DNA from: Bacteroidota bacterium
GTDB taxonomy: Bacteria; Bacteroidota; Ignavibacteria; Ignavibacteriales; Melioribacteraceae
Reading direction: 5' to 3'
NCBI GenBank assembly: GCA_018818065.1
Contig: JAHISV010000005.1
Location: 42,527-106,526 of the forward strand
Length of the DNA: 64,000 nucleotides
Both the position numbers and the translations under genes were made by a program. Shown in pieces: positions 29,110 through 38,150 of the stretch (position 1 is the first letter of the stretch; the number at the start of each line of letters is the position of its first letter). The notes beneath the pieces were generated by a model. That model saw nothing but the letters and a program-made list of their open reading frames with translations, was not told where the DNA came from and made no database searches.

Positions 29110-29641
29110 GCTTCTCAGCTAATGCGGCATATTTAGTATGTAAACCATTTTCGAGTTCTTTGTTATATTCTTCTTCGAAGGCTTTTTCAATATCACTAAT
29201 GGTTTCATCAGACAGATCATTAATCGCGTCTGGAAAAACTTCATTGTCTTCCCGTTTGATATGAAATCTTAGAAGAACAACATAATTTTTAGCGTTGGCT
29301 GAGATATTTTTGTTTCTGGTTTTGTCGCCTGCAATAACTTCTTCTGTAGCCATCTTCATTCCACGAATAAAATGGCGACCCATGTTGTGCTCAGTGTACA
29401 TCGTTTTTAAGGGGTCTTCATCCTTTGAGTAGCCGGAAGAGAGCATTATACCGAAGAATATGTTTTCTTCTTTGCTGTGATGGCATCCGTCAGCGTATTC
29501 CTGTATAAACTCAGCGGCTTCAAGAAAGAACTCCGTCCGAACATCTTCTCCGGCTTCAATTTTATTTGCGGCTTTTTCCAAAGATTTGAGTGCTTTTTCA
29601 ATTACTCGATGTTCGTCCATCATTATTTCTACTGCTTTCAT
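29090..29641 (-). CDS. hemerythrin-like (HHE cation-binding) domain protein
   Basis: 'MMDEHRVIEKAL', 'CHHSKEENIFF', 'EHNMGRHFIRGM', 'HIKREDNEVFP' are His/Glu motifs spaced as in hemerythrin-like domains. It overlaps the DksA-like gene by 20 bp. Confidence 0.6.
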   Translation of the reverse strand: MKAVEIMMDEHRVIEKALKSLEKAANKIEAGEDVRTEFFLEAAEFIQEYADGCHHSKEENIFFGIMLSSGYSKDEDPLKTMYTEHNMGRHFIRGMKMATEEVIAGDKTRNKNISANAKNYVVLLRFHIKREDNEVFPDAINDLSDETISDIEKAFEEEYNKELENGLHTKYAALAEKLEKEME

Positions 29642-29810
29642 TCATACTCCTATTAATGTTTTTTACCAAATCTTTTTGCATTAAAATTCAAAAGGGGATA
29701 TTAAAACTTCATGGTCCGTTTTAAGGATAAAGAAATTTAATGAAATTAATTTACAGAAGTAAGCTTATTTGTTTTATCATAGCTAATGAGCAGGTAAATA
29801 GATGAAGCCT

Positions 29811-30668
29811 TTAAAAGTTAAATGTCATTCCAACACCGTAAGTACCACCTGAAATATAGGGAGAAAGATTAAGATTTTTTTGAATTGAGCTGTTTTTATT
29901 CTGATCCAGATGAAGACTAACAATCTTATTCCCAATTACTGTACCCAGAACTGCGCCCAGAACAGTATCAGAAAACCAATGTCTATCTGCATAAATCCGC
30001 TGATACGCTGTTAACCCAGCCATTGAGTAAAGCAGAATTGATGCATAGGTATTATCGATACGGTCTGAAAGTACAGTCGCAATTGTAAATGCAGTTGATG
30101 TGTGCCCGGAAGGGAAGGAATCGGCACCGTCTTCACCGTTAAACTCCAACACCTCAAAATCGTAGTTGCCTTCCTGGTAACCCGGACGCATTCTTCTAAA
30201 AGTCATCTTCATAGCTTGAGTTACGATACCGTTGAAGAGAATGGCTTCGACCAGGATTTGTCCTGTCTCACGCAGGTATTTATCGCCAATCAGATGTCCG
30301 CCAAGGTAAAGTGCGCCTCCGAGCAAGGTGCCATATTGAGGATTGCCCAGTCGCTCTCCAAAGATGGTTATATTGTCCATGGTCAGACTCCTCGTCTTGG
30401 CTACTTCTCTTTGTAAAGAATAGTCCAGAGAAGAAGAGAGGGCGGTAGCACCCAATAAAAAAGCAGAAATGAAATAATCCTCAGCTGTAAAATTCAAAGG
30501 ACTCTTAAAAAAGTCTACACCAACATTATAAAAGGTTGTACCATCATTGGAAAGATTATCAAGGAAACTCGTTTTTATGGATTCATTACTAGCATATGAG
30601 TTGAACTGGGCAACTGAGGTCGTGCAAAAGAGTGAGAACGCAAAAACCACGGCGGATATGTTTTTCAA
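29811..30668 (-). CDS. PAP2-family (type 2 phosphatidic acid phosphatase-like) periplasmic phosphatase
   Basis: Signal peptide, 'KMTFRRMRPG', 'SFPSGHTSTAF', 'ADRHWFSDTVLGAVLG' (PAP2 motifs 1-3). Confidence 0.8.
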   Translation of the reverse strand: MKNISAVVFAFSLFCTTSVAQFNSYASNESIKTSFLDNLSNDGTTFYNVGVDFFKSPLNFTAEDYFISAFLLGATALSSSLDYSLQREVAKTRSLTMDNITIFGERLGNPQYGTLLGGALYLGGHLIGDKYLRETGQILVEAILFNGIVTQAMKMTFRRMRPGYQEGNYDFEVLEFNGEDGADSFPSGHTSTAFTIATVLSDRIDNTYASILLYSMAGLTAYQRIYADRHWFSDTVLGAVLGTVIGNKIVSLHLDQNKNSSIQKNLNLSPYISGGTYGVGMTFNF

Positions 30669-30820
30669 TTTTACCTCTTAGATGTAATAATGGTACAAAT
30701 ATCTATAAAGCTCCCCTTTTTTTGTCCACCATAAACTACATAAAAGCTACAAAAGGTTCCAAATATTTTTCAAGTAGAAAAAATTGACCTATCCCTAAAA
30801 TTTGAAAATGGAAATTAATT

Positions 30821-31195
30821 TTAACCTAACACCCATTTTAACGCCGCCTCAATAGTATAGAATGGACGGGACTGATATTTATAATCCTTTGTCTCCACTA
30901 GAGTTGGAATTGCAACATCCTGAACAGATTGAGTTAAAATGGCGATCCTTTGATCCTGAAAAACATCAAGATGTTTAACGTAATACTCAGGTATTTTAAC
31001 GTAATCACTTAATTTGATATCAAAAGAAGCATTTCTATAGTCCAAAAGAAATCCTTTCTTTTGCGGTGGAATTAGGTTGTTTTCTATCGCAAAATCCCAC
31101 GAGGAAAAAATATCCTCTAATCGAATAATTCCGTAATAATACTTATATAAAATGCCTGTCGTTGTATCAAATTCATATTTAAACTTTTCGTTCAT
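30821..31195 (-). CDS. hypothetical protein
   Basis: 124 aa with coding-like composition and no recognisable motif. Confidence 0.4.
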   Translation of the reverse strand: MNEKFKYEFDTTTGILYKYYYGIIRLEDIFSSWDFAIENNLIPPQKKGFLLDYRNASFDIKLSDYVKIPEYYVKHLDVFQDQRIAILTQSVQDVAIPTLVETKDYKYQSRPFYTIEAALKWVLG

Positions 31196-31248
31196 TTATC
31201 ACCACATGATATAACATCAAGTCTACAAATAAATGCAAAAAATAGTTC

Positions 31249-31280
31249 ATAATTCTGTTCGCTAAGGCGAACAGAATTAT
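31249..31280 (-). terminator. 14-bp perfect hairpin downstream of the flotillin gene
   Basis: 'ataattctgttcgc-taag-gcgaacagaattat'. On the minus strand it is followed within a few nt by 'ttttttgc'. Confidence 0.5.
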
Positions 31281-31318
31281 GGAAATATTATTAAAAATTT
31301 ACTCAACCTTTTAAAACA

Positions 31319-32683
31319 TTACTTTTCAGTTTTTTCTGAAGGCTCAGTTTTTGTAGCGGAAGTCTCTTGGATGTGGCCCAGATAATCAGGCAAATTAAGC
31401 CCGGCAAGTTTTGCCACCTCATGAAGCGGGGGAAGGGTTTTTATTAAGTTACTCATAAAATTAGCTGTGGAAGATCCGTTCTCTCCATTGCCACTATCCC
31501 AGACAGTGATTTTATCGATCTTAATATTTTTAATGGCTTCGGTTTGCAGTTTTACAATTTCGTCAAGTTTCTCAACCATTAGCAGAGTAGCGGCATCTTT
31601 TGTGTTATCTTTGGCAGATTTAACAAGAGCAGCATAACCTTCGGCTTTTGAGTTAAGTACTTTCTGAATACCTTCGGCTTCCGCAGTTCTTACGGAAATT
31701 ATTGCATCAGCTTTACCACGTGCAATTTTACGGTTTTGCTCAGCCATCGCTTCCGCGTCGATTTCAATTTTTCTCTTTTCAATTTCACGCGGTACAACTT
31801 CTGATGCTTCCAGTCTTCTCGTTTCAGCCAGAGCCTTTGATCTTTGAATTTCAGCTTCAGCTACCTGTCTGGCTACTTCACCACGCTGGTTTGCCTCAGC
31901 TTCTTTTTCTGCGAGTGTTGCATTGTAATTTGCAATATTTGCCTGAGAAGTGTTTTCACCCTCAACAGCCAGAGCGTTAAACTGGGCAACCTGAATTCTT
32001 TTCTCTTTAGAAGCATCTGCTTCGCCGATGGCGCCTTTCTTTTCCTGTTCTGCAACATCAACACGGGCCTGATTAACAGCGGTAGAGGCGGCTTTTTTAC
32101 CGATACTTTCGATATAACCCGATTCATCAGTAATGTCGGTAATGTTTACGTTGATGAGATATAAACCAATTTTTTCGAGCTCTGTGTCGATGTTTTTTCT
32201 GATCGCTTCTAAAAATCTCTCCCTGTCCTGATTGATCTGCTCGATGGTTAACGAGGCAACAGTTAACCTAAGCTGACCAAAAATAATTTCCGCTGCCATC
32301 GATTCAATTTGCGGCTGGTTTAAACGTAGTAATCTAACGGCTGCGTTATTCATGCTCTTTTCAGAAGTATCAATTGCAAAAGTAAATGTACTTGGAACAT
32401 TTATCCTGATGTTTTGCTGGGAAAGAGCCCCTTTAAGAGGAATGTTAATTGTCATGGGTGTTAAATCCAGATAGTGATAATCCTGAATTAAAGGCCATAC
32501 AAAAGTACCCCCGCCATGCAGACACCTTGCAGATTTACCACCGCCGACTTTACCGAAAATTACAAGTACCTTGTTGGATGGACATCTTCTGTACCTGCTT
32601 GCCAAAAACAATATCAAAACAAAGATGAATATGGCTAGTATAACTGTCCCGATAACTACAAAATTTGCTGAATCCGGATTCAT
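31319..32683 (-). CDS. flotillin-like SPFH/band-7 protein
   Basis: N-terminal TM, SPFH core, then a long Ala/Glu-rich coiled coil ('AEQEKKGAIGEADASKEKRIQVAQ...AEAEIQRSKALAE'). 454 aa. Confidence 0.8.
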   Translation of the reverse strand: MNPDSANFVVIGTVILAIFIFVLILFLASRYRRCPSNKVLVIFGKVGGGKSARCLHGGGTFVWPLIQDYHYLDLTPMTINIPLKGALSQQNIRINVPSTFTFAIDTSEKSMNNAAVRLLRLNQPQIESMAAEIIFGQLRLTVASLTIEQINQDRERFLEAIRKNIDTELEKIGLYLINVNITDITDESGYIESIGKKAASTAVNQARVDVAEQEKKGAIGEADASKEKRIQVAQFNALAVEGENTSQANIANYNATLAEKEAEANQRGEVARQVAEAEIQRSKALAETRRLEASEVVPREIEKRKIEIDAEAMAEQNRKIARGKADAIISVRTAEAEGIQKVLNSKAEGYAALVKSAKDNTKDAATLLMVEKLDEIVKLQTEAIKNIKIDKITVWDSGNGENGSSTANFMSNLIKTLPPLHEVAKLAGLNLPDYLGHIQETSATKTEPSEKTEK

Positions 32684-32696
32684 ATTTTCTCCTATT

Positions 32697-33296
32697 TTAT
32701 ATTTCTTTTACTGAAACTTTGTCTGTATCAATAACGCTAATAATTTTAACAGTTTTGAATGAATCGATATCCACTTTGTCTTCGGATATGGCTCCCACAA
32801 TTCTGGTTTCGTCATTAACCGTTAGCTTTACTTTTCCTATCTGCTTTGCGGGAATTTTAAGGTAAACTTCACCTACCGTCCCAACTGATTTATGTATATC
32901 AAAATGGGCACCGGGACTGTGTAATTTAAGTGCAAGCTTAAAAAGGTAAGCTGTTAGAAACATGCATAGTGTGCCGATAATAATGGCAATTAAAAATGAA
33001 ATTGTACCGTTTAATTGAAATTGAATGTATGAGGCTAAGCCAGCCCACCCGAACATCATTATAAAACCGGTAATTGAGTTTAGTGAAACCAGTTTGAATG
33101 ATATGTCGGAATCATCAACGTGGTGAACATTGCTGTCACCGGTTTCGGAGGCGAGATCACCAGGGTCACTTCCAACATCATCTCCAAAACCCCCGACAAT
33201 CATCATTACAATGCGCAGGAAGAAAAAGACTGTGCCGAGGATTGCTGTAACCCAAAAAATCATTTCCGTACCGTTCCCGGTTTGTAAGAAATTCAT
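32697..33296 (-). CDS. NfeD-like membrane protein (YqiJ/YuaF-type, C-terminal OB-fold), partner of flotillin
   Basis: TM helices then C-terminal 'GTVGEVYLKIPAKQIGKVKLTVNDETRIVGAISED'. It sits 13 bp upstream of the flotillin gene. Confidence 0.7.
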   Translation of the reverse strand: MNFLQTGNGTEMIFWVTAILGTVFFFLRIVMMIVGGFGDDVGSDPGDLASETGDSNVHHVDDSDISFKLVSLNSITGFIMMFGWAGLASYIQFQLNGTISFLIAIIIGTLCMFLTAYLFKLALKLHSPGAHFDIHKSVGTVGEVYLKIPAKQIGKVKLTVNDETRIVGAISEDKVDIDSFKTVKIISVIDTDKVSVKEI

Positions 33297-33598
33297 TTGT
33301 TTTCTCCTAGTTTATCGCAAATAGTATTCTCTCATTAGGCAGATAAAGTGGTTAGCGGAGCTCATAAAAAAGAAAAAAAATCAACGATACTTTACAAAAG
33401 AGACCGCATTTTATTTATGATTTTGATCACTCCCCAAGTGGGATGTAATATAGTAAAATTTATTTAAATGTAAATAATGAAGAAGTTAGAGTGAAAGCAA
33501 AACTAACTATTGATATTTGTCGGAGTGAACAGAACAAAGCTCAGTTTTGGCTGACTAAACCCAAGTATTTTGAAAGGTAATAAGGCATTTGCAAATTG

Positions 33599-33871
33599 CT
33601 AGAAACCGATAAAAAAATAATAAGCGGCAACGGACCCAGCCAATAGCGTAGCAAACATTAAACTGAAATCCCGATTACCCTTGTTGCGTTCCCGAAAATA
33701 AAGTACAACGCCTATCAGTCCTGTAATTGCACTAACGGCAATAGCCGGGAAAAGGAGTTTGGCTTTTCCAAAAGTAGTGTGGTTCTCAAATTGATAAAGG
33801 AGAATCCTAACTATAATGAAGTACGCCAGGGGTATCCATGATGTAAAAATAAATATTTTCCGTATACGCAT
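33599..33871 (-). CDS. small hypothetical membrane protein (2-3 TM)
   Basis: 90 aa, hydrophobic segments 'IFIFTSWIPLAYFIIVRILL', 'AITGLIGVVLYF', 'LMFATLLAGSVAAYYFFIGF'. Confidence 0.35.
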   Translation of the reverse strand: MRIRKIFIFTSWIPLAYFIIVRILLYQFENHTTFGKAKLLFPAIAVSAITGLIGVVLYFRERNKGNRDFSLMFATLLAGSVAAYYFFIGF

Positions 33872-33912
33872 TTAACTATTCTGTTATTAAGTAAACTGCT
33901 AATATTGTGAAA

Positions 33913-34479
33913 TTAAGCATTTTCTCTAATTAAATGTAGTCTATTAGTCTCAACCTGATAAAACATTGGAGCCACCATCACACTTGGATAACGTTGTCTA
34001 AGACGTTGTGCTTCTGAAATCACGAAATCAATTTCGTTTCCTATCTCAAAAATTGGTGCAAAATGCATGAAATGTTCTTCTGCCCAGGCTCTGTCCCAGC
34101 CGGCCTTATTTACCAGTCCATCTATAAACTGATCCTTGCGTGCATGGAGATTCACCATCCCACAATTGTTGTGGCTGATTAACACTATATGCTGGATATT
34201 TCCCACAGCTATGGCGTAAGATACTTTGAACTCACTGTGTCTTAAATTAGCACCGCCGGAACGGATAATGTAAGCGAAGTTTTCCGGAATATGCAGATGT
34301 TTTCTATTATCCATACACATACCGATTAGTAGTTGTGCCTCAGTATAGTTCTCTGATTCAATATCAAGATTTAGGTTGTGATACTTAAGAAATAGCTCAA
34401 TAGGTGTATCTCTGTATTGAGGGAAAATATCTTCTGGGGTGGTTATTTCCACTAAGTTTTTCATTTTTAGCTCCTTCAT
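33913..34479 (-). CDS. beta-class carbonic anhydrase-like protein (variant CxDNR motif)
   Basis: 'IGMCMDNRKHL' (Cys-x-Asp-x-Arg) and 'LISHNNCGMV' (His-x-x-Cys). The spacing fits the beta-CA zinc ligand set. Confidence 0.55.
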   Translation of the reverse strand: MKELKMKNLVEITTPEDIFPQYRDTPIELFLKYHNLNLDIESENYTEAQLLIGMCMDNRKHLHIPENFAYIIRSGGANLRHSEFKVSYAIAVGNIQHIVLISHNNCGMVNLHARKDQFIDGLVNKAGWDRAWAEEHFMHFAPIFEIGNEIDFVISEAQRLRQRYPSVMVAPMFYQVETNRLHLIRENA

Positions 34480-35000
34480 AAAATAATTAATGGATTCAGG
34501 GACAATATGCTTTCTTTATGATATTCCCGATTAGTACATAAGTCTTTGGATAAAAGTTCACCAAACAAAAAGCTGAGAATATAAGCATATCTAAGGACGG
34601 TAAGCCATTAGTGAATCAACTCAATTTTCTTAAATGCAGGAATAGGTTTCGGCTTAATATAGGAAATACTTATTATTTATATAATCATTTATTTCGAAAG
34701 TAGTGGGATCAACTTTATTTACCACAAGTAATAAACGGTTACTTAAAAGATTGCTTTAAATAAATAAAACTTTACCACTATTGATTGTTCCAGAGGAGAT
34801 TAATTAGTATTTTTGTTATGGAGTTTTGAATAAGAACAATCGTAAGCGAAAAAATACTTCTTTTTTCCCTCTTCATTCTTCAAACTTGACACATGGCTTA
34901 ACCAATCTGATTTCATTTGGGCATAATTGTTTATGCACAAAGCTGCACGAATGATTATAGCCGGCAAACTATTTTTGACACAAAATTTATATTGGTATAA

Positions 35001-36632
35001 ATGATAAGTACAAGCAGCATAGCACTGAGATTTGGAAAACGGACATTATTCGAGGATGTGAATCTGAAATTCACACCAGGTAACTGTTACGGAATTATTG
35101 GAGCAAACGGATCCGGTAAATCAACATTCATGAAAATCCTCTCTGGCGAGATTGAACAAAGCTCCGGGCAGGTTATAATAACACCGGGCGAGAGACTAAC
35201 GACATTAAAACAGAATCAATTTGAATATGATGAATTCCAGGTTATAAAAACCGTTATCATGGGGCACCCTAAACTTTACGCTGTAATGCAAGCACGGGAT
35301 GCCATCTACGCGAAGGAAGATTTTACGGAAGAGGATGGTATTAAAGCCTCGGAGTTGGAAGGTGAATTTGCCGAAATGTTTGGTTGGGAGGCTGAATCAG
35401 AAGCCGCGGAATTACTGAGCGGGTTGGGTATTGAAGATGAATATCATGAAAAACTGATGAAGGATTTGACCGGCAACGAGAAAGTGAAAGTTCTTCTGGC
35501 TCAGGCCTTGTTCGGTAACCCCGATATACTTCTGCTTGATGAGCCGACAAACCATCTTGATATTATTTCTATCGGGTGGCTTGAAGATTTTCTGGAGAAA
35601 TTCAAAAATACAGTTATTGTGATTTCGCATGACAGACACTTTCTTAATCAGGTTTGTACTCACATAGCTGATATTGATTATGGCAAAGTTCAAATGTACA
35701 CCGGTAATTATGACTTTTGGCTGGAGAGCAGTCAGTTGGCTATGAAGCAGGCAAAGGATTCCAATAAAAAGATAGAGGCTAAAAGAGCAGAGCTGCAGGA
35801 ATTTATTTTCCGCTTTAGCGCGAATGCCTCAAAATCAAAACAGGCTACATCCAGAAAGAAGCAGCTTGAAAACTTAACTCTTGAAGACATTAAACCTTCT
35901 TCCCGAAAAATGCCTTACATTTCCTTTAAGTCAGACCGCGAAGCGGGCAACAATCTTCTCGAGATTGAAAACCTGACAAAAAGTAATAGCGAAGGAATAT
36001 TACTGAACGATTTAACGTTTAGAGTAGAAACCGGGGATAAAATAGCTTTTGTCGGCCCAAATGATGTATTGAAGACAACACTGTTTAATATACTTGCAAG
36101 AGAAGATAAAGCGGATAGCGGAGAATTTATCTGGGGCGCAACGACAAAGGTAGCTTATTTTCCCAAAGAAAATGATGATTATTTTAATGTAGATATTAAT
36201 CTTATCGACTGGCTTCGTCAATACTCAGTTGAAAAAGAGGAAACTTATATACGTGGATTTCTGGGCAGGATGCTTTTTAGTGGTGAAGAATCCTTAAAAA
36301 AGGCGAGTGTTCTTTCGGGCGGTGAACGTGTTCGCTGCATGCTTGCAAAAATGATGTTGACAGGTGCAAATGTACTTATACTGGATGGACCTACAAATCA
36401 CCTTGACCTTGAGGCAATCTCAGCTCTAAACAATGGACTAATTGATTTCCCCGGGACTGTCCTTTTCAGTTCGCATGATCATCAGTTTATGCATACAATT
36501 GCAAACAGGATAATAGAAATTATTCCCTCAGGAATTATAGATAAAAAAATGACATTTGATGAATATCTGCAGGATGCTGAAATCAATAAGATTCATATGA
36601 ATGTTTATCACAAGGCAGCAATTAATTTTTAA
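35001..36632 (+). CDS. ABC-F family ATPase (two tandem ABC domains, EttA/Uup-like translation factor)
   Basis: 543 aa. Walker A 'GANGSGKST' and 'GPNDVLKTT'. Signatures 'LTGNEKVKVLLAQAL' and 'LSGGERVRCMLAKMM'. No TM domain. Confidence 0.85.
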   Translation: MISTSSIALRFGKRTLFEDVNLKFTPGNCYGIIGANGSGKSTFMKILSGEIEQSSGQVIITPGERLTTLKQNQFEYDEFQVIKTVIMGHPKLYAVMQARDAIYAKEDFTEEDGIKASELEGEFAEMFGWEAESEAAELLSGLGIEDEYHEKLMKDLTGNEKVKVLLAQALFGNPDILLLDEPTNHLDIISIGWLEDFLEKFKNTVIVISHDRHFLNQVCTHIADIDYGKVQMYTGNYDFWLESSQLAMKQAKDSNKKIEAKRAELQEFIFRFSANASKSKQATSRKKQLENLTLEDIKPSSRKMPYISFKSDREAGNNLLEIENLTKSNSEGILLNDLTFRVETGDKIAFVGPNDVLKTTLFNILAREDKADSGEFIWGATTKVAYFPKENDDYFNVDINLIDWLRQYSVEKEETYIRGFLGRMLFSGEESLKKASVLSGGERVRCMLAKMMLTGANVLILDGPTNHLDLEAISALNNGLIDFPGTVLFSSHDHQFMHTIANRIIEIIPSGIIDKKMTFDEYLQDAEINKIHMNVYHKAAINF

Positions 36633-36642
36633 TTGCTGCTTT
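36615..36642. terminator. 11-bp perfect hairpin overlapping the ABC-F stop codon, between convergent genes
   Basis: 'gcagcaattaa-ttt-ttaattgctgc' followed by 'tttatg'. Confidence 0.5.
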
Positions 36643-36666
36643 ATGAAATGTCTTTGCTAGCACTTA

Positions 36667-37887
36667 TTAGTCGATAGGTGTGAAATCTATTTTAACTTCA
36701 ATCGTTGTTTCTGCTTCTTCAACGCCACCGCCCTGCTGGTACCACCTGCCGGATAAATCCAGAGTAAATGTTCCTTCAGGATCAAGAAGAAATTCTTCAA
36801 AACTTCGCGGGTTTTGCATGATTAATGGAAGTACATGTTGTTCATCGCTTTGCACCTGTGGATCACAATCGCATTGGGCTACTCCAAGGTAAGAATCTTC
36901 ATCAATAGTTTCAGAAACATCTTCAAATTTATTAACGTCTATTCTTTTTCTTCCGTGTACCCGCCCGGTAGTTTTGTACTTTGGATCAGTATGCAGCCTC
37001 ATGTTACCGGTCATATATAACTTAACGCAGTATTGTGATTTTGTATCTATGCTTTGAATACCCGTACCTTGTCTTAAGTAGGGGAAAACAGTAAAATTCC
37101 AGTCATAGCCGTTTGACTCACCTTCGATTGTGCCTTCGTAAAAAAGTTGGAAATCACCAAATTGTTCATCATAAGTTTTGGTTTTAATTGTTGTCTTAAC
37201 TTTATTTGGTTCACCCAGGTCAGTCCTTGCTGTAATACCCCAGAAGACAGGGTACTGAACACCTGTTTGAAAGATATTTCCCCTGAATTCAGGTTTACTC
37301 AGGTTTTCTATACTACCGCAACTGCTCTGCATTTCCATAAAGGAAAAATAAGTGCTTTCCGTCTTTTTCTCCTCTACAGGTTCGCTGAAATTGGGGCTTG
37401 CTGTATGAGTTGTGACGGTTGCCTTCATCTTACCAAGGTATTTATCAGGGCGCTCTTTTTTAACCTCAATTTCCGCCTCGCCGTAGGCGCAATATTCTTC
37501 GCCGCTAGGCTTAAAATATTTGTGATAGGTTCTGAGTACAGCCTTGCCGGGTGAAATTCCGGACTTGAATTTTACCTTTGCTATTCCCTGATCATTGGTA
37601 ACTGCTGTGGAATTTAAAAATCTTCCGTTAGTACTTCTGGCAAGTGAAGACCCCCCGAAGGTCCCTCCTTGAAGCAGTACTTCTCTACCTGGAAGAGGTG
37701 TTCCGTCACAGTCAACAAGTTTGAATTCAACTTCAATCTCTTCTCCTTTTTTGACTTTACTTTTTTCGGGAGTAACAATGAATTTATCTATATAGATATT
37801 TACGTCTCTATTATTTTCCCGTTTTTCCTTTTCGTAATTTCTAAAAGAATACCCATGTTTCCATCCGGAATAAATTTGTCGGCACAT
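36667..37887 (-). CDS. hypothetical protein with bacterial Ig-like (Big/invasin-like) region; annotated N-terminus lacks a signal peptide
   Basis: 'VDCDGTPLPGREVLLQGGT...VTNDQGIAKVKF' resembles Big_1-type Ig-like domains. 406 aa. Confidence 0.45.
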   Translation of the reverse strand: MCRQIYSGWKHGYSFRNYEKEKRENNRDVNIYIDKFIVTPEKSKVKKGEEIEVEFKLVDCDGTPLPGREVLLQGGTFGGSSLARSTNGRFLNSTAVTNDQGIAKVKFKSGISPGKAVLRTYHKYFKPSGEEYCAYGEAEIEVKKERPDKYLGKMKATVTTHTASPNFSEPVEEKKTESTYFSFMEMQSSCGSIENLSKPEFRGNIFQTGVQYPVFWGITARTDLGEPNKVKTTIKTKTYDEQFGDFQLFYEGTIEGESNGYDWNFTVFPYLRQGTGIQSIDTKSQYCVKLYMTGNMRLHTDPKYKTTGRVHGRKRIDVNKFEDVSETIDEDSYLGVAQCDCDPQVQSDEQHVLPLIMQNPRSFEEFLLDPEGTFTLDLSGRWYQQGGGVEEAETTIEVKIDFTPID

Positions 37888-38150
37888 ATTTCATCGCCAT
37901 TTAATAAAGAGATATAACATCGCACTAGAGGAGAGGAGGCAACTGAAGGTGTTAAAAAAAAGGATTCCATTATTTATCTCAACGGGAATAATTTGCGCAT
38001 TTGTTATTATGAACATGATTGTCTCTTTTCGTCGGCAATCGGGTTTTATCATATACAATGTACTCAACAAAATAACCTCAGGGAAGTAAATTTGTTCAGC
38101 TTTTAAAAACAACTTCGCCAGATTAATCCCCATCAGCGGGTTTCATAATA

